From a virus (taxonomy: Duplodnaviria; Caudoviricetes), in the IMG/VR virus record IMGVR_UViG_2595698890_000001, positions 1 to 64,000 of that record: a stretch of DNA of 64,000 bases, one strand, 5' to 3'. The notes beneath the pieces were generated by a model. It saw only the letters and a list, made by a program, of their open reading frames with translations, was not told the origin of the DNA and searched no databases. Positions 17,610 through 25,705 of this stretch are shown here, one piece after another (within the stretch, counting starts at the first letter, position 1; every line of letters begins with the position of its first letter). A program made the translations under genes and the position numbers.

Positions 17610-18727
17610 TGGCGAACATTAGTGACAATCTGGCGGTAGTATTAGCTGACCACCAGATTGATCTCTACCGCTACGAAGCAAATCAGCGGCAGGACATTGC
17701 CGCTTTTCTGCTGGCTATGGCGGACGAGATTAGAAAAGCTATTATCAGCGCGGACGTAGAATCCGTTCCTTTTGTTACTAAGAAGAAGCTCAATGCTTTA
17801 CTAAAAGAGATTGAGCAGATCATCAAGCAGTACTACCGCGACGCACGTGACTACCACCTCGGGGAACTGAAAGAGCTCAGTGTCCTTGAATACGCGGCGG
17901 CAGCTGCTAACATTAACAGCGTGGTGGGTGTTACCGTCTTCGAGACGTTCCTTACTAACCACTTCCTAGAGAGCGTAGTTAGTAATGTTCTAATCGAGGG
18001 CGCTCCATCAAAAGAGTGGTGGGCTCGACAGGCTACGGACACGATGGAGAAGTTCGTAGACCAGATCCGAATGGGCGTGGCTCTAGGTGAGACTAACGAT
18101 CAGCTGATTAAACGTGTTCTAGGAAACTTCACAGGCACGTATAGTAGGAGGAAGTTAGCGGACGGGACTACCAAACGCTACGGCAACTACGAAGGCGGAA
18201 TCTTAAATGGCTCTCGCAGCAATGCTTCTACTTTAGTAAGAAGCTCTGTTCAGGCGATTGCCAATGATGCTAAGATGCGCCTGTACGCAGCTAATGATGA
18301 CCTGATTTACGGATACCAGCAACTATCAGTTCTGGACCTCAAAACTTCAGACATCTGCATCGCACGTAGTGGCTTAGCTTGGACGGTTGACGGAAAGCCT
18401 ATTGGCAATCACAAGAAGCGTTTCCGTATCCCACCGCTACACTGGAACTGTCGGTCACTGCTCATGCCTATTCTCAAGTCGTGGCAAGATATGCCCGGCA
18501 AAGTGGTTACAAGTTTACCGGGGAGTATGCAAGCTAGCATGGATGGATTAGTTAGTGCGTCTGAGACGTATGAAGATATGCTAAAACGACGCTCGGATCG
18601 TGAGGTACGCCAAGTACTCGGTCCAGCTCGATACAAGTTATGGAAGGCTGGCAAACTAAGCCTACGTGACTTAACTGATCAAGATGATCGCCCATTAACA
18701 TTGAAACAACTTCGAGAACGTGTTTAA
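17609..18727 (+). CDS. minor head morphogenesis protein (SPP1 gp7 / Mu gpF-like)
   Basis: LD.KTS.IC..R.G ... PPLHWNCRS. Confidence 0.9.
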   Translation: MANISDNLAVVLADHQIDLYRYEANQRQDIAAFLLAMADEIRKAIISADVESVPFVTKKKLNALLKEIEQIIKQYYRDARDYHLGELKELSVLEYAAAAANINSVVGVTVFETFLTNHFLESVVSNVLIEGAPSKEWWARQATDTMEKFVDQIRMGVALGETNDQLIKRVLGNFTGTYSRRKLADGTTKRYGNYEGGILNGSRSNASTLVRSSVQAIANDAKMRLYAANDDLIYGYQQLSVLDLKTSDICIARSGLAWTVDGKPIGNHKKRFRIPPLHWNCRSLLMPILKSWQDMPGKVVTSLPGSMQASMDGLVSASETYEDMLKRRSDREVRQVLGPARYKLWKAGKLSLRDLTDQDDRPLTLKQLRERV

Positions 18728-18774
18728 AATACACCTCGAAATTTACTAACCGTAAAAACCTAAAGGAAGTAATC

Positions 18775-19572
18775 ATGCTTAAATTCCGTGTTGCTAAAAT
18801 CGACGACGTTGAAGAACAATTCCGCCACCTGTACATCCAGCAAGCGGATGGCTCTTTTCAGCTTGGTGTTGAAGGTGCTGTAGATAAAACTAAGGTAGAT
18901 GAGTTCCGTAACACAAATACCAATCTAACTCAGCAAAAAGAGCAGTTAGAGCAGCAACTACAGCAAATGGCACAGCAATTCGATGGTCTTGATCCAGAAA
19001 AAGCTAAAGAAGCTATGGAGATGATGAACAAGATCCGCGACCAGAAGCTAATCGAAGAAGGTAAGATCGAAGAGCTTATCGAAGCGCGTACCAAAGACAT
19101 GATGACCAATCATCAATCGCGTGAGCAAGAGCTAACTGGCTCTATCAAAGAGTGGGAAACTAAGTTCGGCAACCTGCAAGGTCAATACCGTAAGCTGCGT
19201 ATCGGTTCAGACATCCTAGGCTCGCTAGACAAGATCGGTAAGATCCACGGTTCATCTCGTGACATCATCACCGACCTAGCGGCTCAAGTTTGGCATCTGG
19301 GTGACGACGACAAGCTCGTCGCTATGAAGGGCGACCAGAAAGTCTACAGCCCTACGGACGCAACCAAGCCGCTTACTCCTGAAGAGTGGTGTCTACAGCT
19401 TGCGAATGACCGTCCGTACCTGTTCGAGTCAACTACTACAATGGGTAGCGGTCAAGGCGGTCAATCTGGTGGTCAGCACGTTAAGGGTGTGATCAGCGGT
19501 GACGACATGGATGCTTTCGAGCAGAACTTGGAAGCAATCGCAGCTGGTGAAGTTCAAGTTAACGTCGGTTAA
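18775..19572 (+). CDS. capsid scaffolding protein
   Basis: Coiled-coil, LY....DG.F.L.VEG N-terminus, PYLF...G.G C-terminus, position before capsid gene. Confidence 0.8.
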   Translation: MLKFRVAKIDDVEEQFRHLYIQQADGSFQLGVEGAVDKTKVDEFRNTNTNLTQQKEQLEQQLQQMAQQFDGLDPEKAKEAMEMMNKIRDQKLIEEGKIEELIEARTKDMMTNHQSREQELTGSIKEWETKFGNLQGQYRKLRIGSDILGSLDKIGKIHGSSRDIITDLAAQVWHLGDDDKLVAMKGDQKVYSPTDATKPLTPEEWCLQLANDRPYLFESTTTMGSGQGGQSGGQHVKGVISGDDMDAFEQNLEAIAAGEVQVNVG

Positions 19573-19595
19573 TTTTTACTAAGATTAAAGTGCAT

Positions 19596-19620
19596 AAAGC
19601 CACCTTCGGGTGGCTTTTTT
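19596..19620 (+). terminator. intrinsic terminator
   Basis: AAAGCCACC-ttcg-GGTGGCTTT. Confidence 0.85.
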
Positions 19621-19777
19621 AGTTTTTATTAATAAGAGGCTTGACGACTGTCTGTATTTGGGTTTTATAATGTAACCAACAAAGCAAAACTTACTTAACG
19701 GCGGGGTCGTTATTTAAGGGTTTCGGGGAAACCATGCGAACTAACTTTATTAAACGACAACACGAGGATTTAGCACT

Positions 19778-20905
19778 ATGGCTAATACTTTAGAAGCTGT
19801 CGCCCCGAAGCTGTTAGCTCAGGGCTTGATGGCACTTCGCGGCACGAACGTAATGCCTACTTTAGTAAACCGCGACTATGATCGTGATTTAGCAGCCAAG
19901 GGTCTGACAGTGGATATTCCAATCCCTTCAGCTGTTCCTACGCAGGACGTTGCACCGGGCGCAACTCCTCCAAACACTGGCGACATCGCACCTACTGTAG
20001 CGAAAGTTACACTAGACAAGTGGAAAGAAGCACCGTTCTACCTAACGGATAAAGACGTTAAGCAATCTATGAACGGCATTATCCCACTACAGGCATCTGA
20101 AGCGGTTAAGTCTCTAGTAAACGACGTGAACGCCGACATCCTTGGTAAGTACACTTCAGTTTACGGCATGGTTGGTACTCCGGGTGTGACTCCATTCGGT
20201 TCAAACACTAAAGAAGCAACGGACGCTCGTACTAAGCTGAACATCCAGCTTGCACCGGGTCAAGACCGTCGTTTCGTTATGGACCCATCTGCGGAAGGTA
20301 ACGCGCTTAACCTACGTGCATTTAACGACACTAACTTCGCAGTAACTGCGCAAGACGTTCGTGACGGTAAGATGGCTCGTAAACTTGGCTTCGACTGGGC
20401 GATGGATCAACAAGTACCTGTACACGCAGCTGGTCTTTCCACTGCGGCTGTTAACGGTGCTGGTCAGACTGGCAACCAACTTGCGTTCGACGGCGGTGTT
20501 AACGCTGCGGATGGCGGTGCTGCTGTTAAAGCTGGTGACATCTTCACAATTGCGGGCGACGCACAGACTTACGCCGTAGTTGCAACAACTGGCGCTAAAG
20601 CTGGTACTTTGACAATCACTCCGTCTATCAAGAAAGCTCCGGCTGACGACGCTGTGATCACGTTCAAACCTACTCACACTGTTAACTTGGCATTCCACCG
20701 CGACGCGTTCGCATTCGCATCTCGTCCTCTGGCTGACCAAACTACAGGCTTGGGCAACATCATCCGTACAGCTACAGACCCAGTCACTGGTCTTGCTCTA
20801 CGTCTTGAAATCAGCCGTGAGCACAAACGTACTCGCTTCTCGTACGACCTACTATGGGGTTCTTCTCTAGTACGTCCTGAGCTTGCAGTCCGCGTTGCTG
20901 GCTAA
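19778..20905 (+). CDS. major capsid protein (P22 coat-like family)
   Basis: VNRDYD...G.TV.IP, NLAFHRDAFAFASRPL, DLLWG..LVRPELAVR; high-expression codon bias. Confidence 0.92.
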   Translation: MANTLEAVAPKLLAQGLMALRGTNVMPTLVNRDYDRDLAAKGLTVDIPIPSAVPTQDVAPGATPPNTGDIAPTVAKVTLDKWKEAPFYLTDKDVKQSMNGIIPLQASEAVKSLVNDVNADILGKYTSVYGMVGTPGVTPFGSNTKEATDARTKLNIQLAPGQDRRFVMDPSAEGNALNLRAFNDTNFAVTAQDVRDGKMARKLGFDWAMDQQVPVHAAGLSTAAVNGAGQTGNQLAFDGGVNAADGGAAVKAGDIFTIAGDAQTYAVVATTGAKAGTLTITPSIKKAPADDAVITFKPTHTVNLAFHRDAFAFASRPLADQTTGLGNIIRTATDPVTGLALRLEISREHKRTRFSYDLLWGSSLVRPELAVRVAG

Positions 20906-20981
20906 TAGCGTATAGGTTGTTGGGAGGTTGGGATTGCCCACCTCCCTTTTATTTTAACTTTAGTAAACGAGAGTGAATACT

Positions 20982-21446
20982 ATGTCTCAGATTGACCCAC
21001 AAGCGATGCTACAACAAATCCTAGCGGCTTCAGACAATCCGGCTGAACTGCTACGTGGTGCGATTCAAGAAGCTACACAAGGCGAAGGCTCTAACAACGC
21101 ACTTCAACAGCTTGAGCTACTTCTTGCGTCTGATCCAAACCTTAAACACCACCTACGCTCTGGTATGCCTTCAAGCATCCAAGAGCACTTGCGTTACGTA
21201 CCGACTATGGTAGTTACATTCCAGAACGGTGCGTTCGGTGGTAAGCCAATGACGATCAATACTTCTGACTTCGACGAAGCCCTGCACAAAAAAGTGGATA
21301 TGGGTAAGTTAGTAAAAGAAGCTGCTAAGCAGGTAGAAGATGCTACGGACGAAACGGATGAGACTCCAGCGCCGGAAGAGCCAGCTGCTACTACTGAAGG
21401 CGAAGAAGATGCGCCTAAGCAACAACGCTCACGCCGTCGTAACTAA
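20982..21446 (+). CDS. hypothetical head-associated protein, acidic then Arg-rich tail
   Basis: Follows capsid gene; strong codon bias; ends RSRRRN. Confidence 0.7.
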   Translation: MSQIDPQAMLQQILAASDNPAELLRGAIQEATQGEGSNNALQQLELLLASDPNLKHHLRSGMPSSIQEHLRYVPTMVVTFQNGAFGGKPMTINTSDFDEALHKKVDMGKLVKEAAKQVEDATDETDETPAPEEPAATTEGEEDAPKQQRSRRRN

Positions 21447-21524
21447 TCTTAGTAACCGACACGGCGGATTGATTTGGAAGGAGGGGGCTTAGCTTCCTCC
21501 TTTTTTCGTTTCTGGAGATTACTA

Positions 21525-22067
21525 ATGGCAATCACATTAATTGTACAACAGGGTCGATACCCTATTCGCGGAGCTAACTCCTTCGCATCGGTGGAAGACG
21601 CCGACAAGTACCACGAGCAACGCGGTAACACTGCGTGGGCTGCATTAGACGCGGAGAAGAAGAAAGCCGCTCTGATCCAAGCTACGGACTTCATGGCAAG
21701 CGAGTACAAGTTCCGTGGGCGCAAGATGTATGGTGAGGAGGACCCTAACTTCCCACAACTTCTTCCTTTCCCACGCGCAGAGTTTGAGGACTCGGCTGGA
21801 AGATCTATTCTGGAGACACCGCAGGGTGTTGTCCGTGCGACTATCGAACTGGCTGGATACGCTTCAAAAGCACCTCTTTATCCGAACCAAGAGAACTTAC
21901 TAAAACCGGGTGGTCTAGTTACTAAAGTTAGTAAGAAGACTGGTCCTCTCACAACAACATACGAATACGCCAACCCTACTGTGGTACTGCGAGCTACACC
22001 TCTCTACAAGAAGGTCACTGGCTGGCTTAACGACTACACGTACACCAATGGTCGTATTCTTCGCTAG
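21525..22067 (+). CDS. head-tail adaptor (DnaT-like ssDNA-binding annotation family)
   Basis: GANSFASVE.AD.YH..RG...W......K.AAL..AT.F, L.FPR, P..V..AT.ELA. Confidence 0.85.
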   Translation: MAITLIVQQGRYPIRGANSFASVEDADKYHEQRGNTAWAALDAEKKKAALIQATDFMASEYKFRGRKMYGEEDPNFPQLLPFPRAEFEDSAGRSILETPQGVVRATIELAGYASKAPLYPNQENLLKPGGLVTKVSKKTGPLTTTYEYANPTVVLRATPLYKKVTGWLNDYTYTNGRILR

Positions 22068-22078
22068 GAGTCTTATTA

Positions 22079-22471
22079 ATGTCTGATTATACGCAGGAGC
22101 AACTAGACGCTCTAGAGAGTATCAAGGAAGCGGGAGCACAGTTCGACTTTGAACTTACCACGTTCACAGCGAATGCAGACAAGCCTTGGTTGGGTGGCAC
22201 ACCCTCAGTAGAGAAGATTCAACTGTGGGCGTGCGTGTTCCCCACTAGCACCGCTCCCGGGGCTCTGACGGAGCCAATGTTCAAGGAAGGTACTTTAGTG
22301 GAGTCGCAGACCCGGTACATATTAGCCGCTGGGGAGGGTAGAACAACTCACCCTAATACTGGCGACGTTATGAAAAACCTAGAGGGTAGCGATTGGTCTA
22401 TAATGGGATGCGCCCCGCTGACTGTTAATGGTCAAGGCGCAATAATTTACGAGATGGTAGTAAAACGATGA
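22079..22471 (+). CDS. head closure / neck protein
   Basis: Position and size in the neck module. Confidence 0.65.
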   Translation: MSDYTQEQLDALESIKEAGAQFDFELTTFTANADKPWLGGTPSVEKIQLWACVFPTSTAPGALTEPMFKEGTLVESQTRYILAAGEGRTTHPNTGDVMKNLEGSDWSIMGCAPLTVNGQGAIIYEMVVKR

Positions 22472-22887
22472 GAGATGATAAAGCTAGAGAGGTGATCGGG
22501 GAGGCGTTAGTCGCAGGTCTAAAAGCTGCGGGTATCACCATCGACATAGCTCAAGAGGGCTACCCGTACAAGGGCGCAGCCAATAAGCCTTACCTTGAGG
22601 TGAGCTTCAGTGTAGAATCGACCTCAAGCCAGTCATTAGGCGACGCGGGGAACAGGTCTTTTGTCCGCGACGGTGTTTTCCACGTGAACGTATACACACC
22701 CTTCACAGCTGGAAGCTCTGCCATGACAGCTCACATTTACGCACTGGCAGTGCGTGATATTTTCGAAGGCAAGCACTTCGATAAAGACCTTTGGTTCTGG
22801 GAGTGTAAAGCCTCGCCAGCGGGATCAAACGGAAACTATAACGTAGCGTACGCGAACTGCGCGTTCCGCTTTCAAGAAATCAAGTAG
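22468..22887 (+). CDS. tail terminator protein
   Basis: S.Q.SLG..G.R.F.R.G...V.V.TP...G; precedes tail tube gene. Confidence 0.75.
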   Translation: MRDDKAREVIGEALVAGLKAAGITIDIAQEGYPYKGAANKPYLEVSFSVESTSSQSLGDAGNRSFVRDGVFHVNVYTPFTAGSSAMTAHIYALAVRDIFEGKHFDKDLWFWECKASPAGSNGNYNVAYANCAFRFQEIK

Positions 22888-22898
22888 GAGACTTACTA

Positions 22899-24341
22899 AT
22901 GAGTGATACTAACCGTGTCCGCCTCGCTCTCTTAGAAGAGACGACGCCGGGAGTAGTACCAAACAATCCAAAGTTAGTTCGCCAGCGTGTTACTAACATG
23001 CCATCCCTAGCGGTGACACCGGAAACCATCGAGTCTGAAGAGCTGGACCCAACTATGCAGACTACCGACCTTATCAAAGTAGGTCAGTCTGTAGGTGGTG
23101 AGTTCGGCATGGAGTTCAGCTACGACGCACAGCACCAAGTTATGATCGGCGTTATGCGTAACAGCTGGCAGAGCCATCCTAAATACGTGGGTGCTGAAGT
23201 TGGTTCTATCTCAGCTGGTAAGGTTGGCGTTGCCAACAAGACCGCTATCATCCCGGTAGGTGCGCTAGTACTGCTGAAGAACTTCAACAACAATGCCAAC
23301 AATGGCGTGAAGCCTGTTACGGCGGCTACGGCTACTGAGATCACCGCTACTGGTGTTGTGGCTGATACTGCTAAGACAGGAAAAGAAGCTGTACACCTTG
23401 TGGGATTCCAAGGCGGTGAGGGGCACTTGTCTGTCAGTGCGAATGAGCTTATCGCGTCGTCGGCGTCTAACTTAGATTTTACTAAGTTTAAACTTCGTCC
23501 GGGCTCACTGATCAAGATCGGTGGGAAGGACGCAGCTAACCGCTTCGCCACAGCCGCTGTTAACGGTCGCGTGCGTGTTACTAAGGTTGAGGCTAAGAAG
23601 TTAACGCTCACTGGCTTACCGACAGGCTGGGCAGCTGACAACGGCAGTGGCAAGAAGATCTCTGTGTGGACACCGGAAGACGACATCGTTAACGGTGTGG
23701 CTACTAAAGCGTTTACGTTCCTACAATCGTTCCTAGACCACAACCCGGTAACACACCAAGTGTTTAACGGGATGCGCGTGGGTACTCTTAACATGGAGAT
23801 GCGTTCTAAACAGATCGTAACCTTCACTGTTAACGCACAGGGTACTAAGGGCGACATCAACGAGTCAGGCATCGCAAGCGCGACTATCTTGCCAGCGTCT
23901 ACGGACACAGTGATCAACACCTCTTCAAACGTAGCTGAGCTACAAGAGAATGGGCAGAAGATCGCGGGTCCTAACTACGTTACGGGCATGACACTGGCGC
24001 TTAACAACAACCCACGTAACGATGACGCTATCGGCTACGAGTCTCCGGTTAACATCGGTGGCGGTACGTTCCAGCTAACAGGCACCATCAATACCTACTT
24101 CGGCAACAAGTCGATGGTAGAGAAGGTGATCAACAACAGCGAGACTTCATTGCTGCTGGACTTCGTAGACGGAAGCGGTCAGCACGTCGTATGGGATGCT
24201 CCTCGCGTTAAGTACTCAAGCGGCTCTCCGGCGGTATCGGGCAAGAACGCGGCTAACACCGCAGACTTGGGCTACACCGCTCTGAAACACCCAGATTACG
24301 GCTACACACTGGGCGTACAGAAGTTCCGCTACATGGAATAA
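22899..24341 (+). CDS. major tail tube protein
   Basis: EETTPGV.P, SEEL, G...G.F..E.S; 480 aa with inserted beta domain. Confidence 0.85.
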   Translation: MSDTNRVRLALLEETTPGVVPNNPKLVRQRVTNMPSLAVTPETIESEELDPTMQTTDLIKVGQSVGGEFGMEFSYDAQHQVMIGVMRNSWQSHPKYVGAEVGSISAGKVGVANKTAIIPVGALVLLKNFNNNANNGVKPVTAATATEITATGVVADTAKTGKEAVHLVGFQGGEGHLSVSANELIASSASNLDFTKFKLRPGSLIKIGGKDAANRFATAAVNGRVRVTKVEAKKLTLTGLPTGWAADNGSGKKISVWTPEDDIVNGVATKAFTFLQSFLDHNPVTHQVFNGMRVGTLNMEMRSKQIVTFTVNAQGTKGDINESGIASATILPASTDTVINTSSNVAELQENGQKIAGPNYVTGMTLALNNNPRNDDAIGYESPVNIGGGTFQLTGTINTYFGNKSMVEKVINNSETSLLLDFVDGSGQHVVWDAPRVKYSSGSPAVSGKNAANTADLGYTALKHPDYGYTLGVQKFRYME

Positions 24342-24380
24342 TCATGGCACTTGCGCCAAGAGCAAACCTAGAATAAGATC

Positions 24381-24405
24381 AAAGCGTCCATAAGGGCGCT
24401 TTTTT
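24381..24405 (+). terminator. intrinsic terminator
   Basis: AAAGCGTCC-ataa-GGGCGCTTT plus T run. Confidence 0.75.
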
Positions 24406-24430
24406 AATATTAGTAAACAAGGAAAATACA

Positions 24431-24886
24431 ATGAGTAAGAAGACTTCTCCTTTCGCTATGTTCCGCACTTCAACTAACGACGAAGTGAATGGTGTGTATA
24501 TTAACTACGGCTCGTTCCGTATCCTAGTAGCACACGCTGGCGGCGCAAACACGGCGTACAACCGCCTACTTATGAAACTGGGCAAGCCTTACCTTAAACT
24601 GATCAAGTCGGGCAACCTACCGGAAGAAGTTACGAAAGAGATCGATGAGAAGCTGTACACGCAGACTATCATCAAAGGCTTCCAAGTGGATGAGTCCAAA
24701 GACGGTGATAAAGAGCCTAAGTGGGTATCGGGCATCCCGACTGAAAGCGGTGAAGTTGTCGAGTACAACGAAGAGAACTTAGTAAACCTACTGCGTGAGC
24801 TTCCGCACCTATTTGACGACATCAAAGCATTCGCTATGGATATGTCGAACTTCAAACCGGATCTGGAAGTAGCGAAGGGAAACTAA
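24431..24886 (+). CDS. tail assembly chaperone (gpG-like)
   Basis: F.T....E..GV...YG..RI.VA.AGG.N; ends at slippery G GGA AAC. Confidence 0.85.
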   Translation: MSKKTSPFAMFRTSTNDEVNGVYINYGSFRILVAHAGGANTAYNRLLMKLGKPYLKLIKSGNLPEEVTKEIDEKLYTQTIIKGFQVDESKDGDKEPKWVSGIPTESGEVVEYNEENLVNLLRELPHLFDDIKAFAMDMSNFKPDLEVAKGN

Positions 24887-25275
24887 TAGAGTTTCTAAAG
24901 CATGAGCTGGAATATGGCGACGAGGATTTTGATTTCATCATCGAAGCTGCAATCGAAGCCGGAGACGAGATTCCGGCTTTTGCTTCAGAAGCGCCTAAAC
25001 TACTCGACCCGTTAGTACCGACTTATAACATGTTCTGGGATATGTACCGTTTCAGACGTGTTACCGCTAAAAACGATTTTGTCCCTTGGGAAGTCCTTGA
25101 ACGGTTCGCCGCTAAGTATGGGATTAGAGAGCTAGGAGAGTTTCAAGAGTTCTGCGAGCTGTTTCGAGAAATGGAAATGGTCTACCTAGAACACCTAGCT
25201 GAGCAACACGAGCAGGAAGAAACTCAACAGCAAGAACAAGGGGGACAGCATGGCGGATTTCTCGGAAATTCCTAA
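24877..25275 (+). CDS. gpT-like frameshift extension of tail chaperone (-1 frame)
   Basis: The -1 frame is open from GGGAAAC (24877-24883) through the 25030..25275 ORF: GKLIEFLKHELEYG...MFWDMY. Confidence 0.85.
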   Translation, partial: GKLIEFLKHELEYGDEDFDFIIEAAIEAGDEIPAFASEAPKLLDPLVPTYNMFWDMYRFRRVTAKNDFVPWEVLERFAAKYGIRELGEFQEFCELFREMEMVYLEHLAEQHEQEETQQQEQGGQHGGFLGNS

Positions 25276-25705
25276 AGACCTAAAGCATTTCGCTTTTACC
25301 CTCCAAGCTAATACCGAAACAAGGCAGCGTGAAGTTGCCTTGACCATCACCCGCGAGTTAATGCAGCGAAACCCTAAGAAGACGGGCAGATCCGCAGGTA
25401 ACTGGCAGGTTGGTGTCAATCGCCCTAAGTTAATAGTCCAACAGCCCCCTGACCCTGAGAAGGTGAAGTCGGGTGAGATTAGTAAAACAGCCCACGCATT
25501 CGTAAAGAAACAACTTACTAAAGCTATAAGCGAAATTACTAATTCTCCACTGTCTGGATTAGACCCGGTGATTTACATTAGTAATACTGTTGACTATGTA
25601 GTTTTACTAAACACCATTCGACCATCAAAACAGGCAGCACCGGGTTGGATTGAATCCTCTATCCGTTTCGGAGCTGACAGCACTAAAGGGGTGAAATTAA
25701 GCTAA
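25250..25705 (+). CDS. HK97 gp10-like tail completion protein
   Basis: NP.KTGR..GNW, IYISN.V.Y...L...S.QA..GW. Confidence 0.8.
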   Translation: MADFSEIPKDLKHFAFTLQANTETRQREVALTITRELMQRNPKKTGRSAGNWQVGVNRPKLIVQQPPDPEKVKSGEISKTAHAFVKKQLTKAISEITNSPLSGLDPVIYISNTVDYVVLLNTIRPSKQAAPGWIESSIRFGADSTKGVKLS

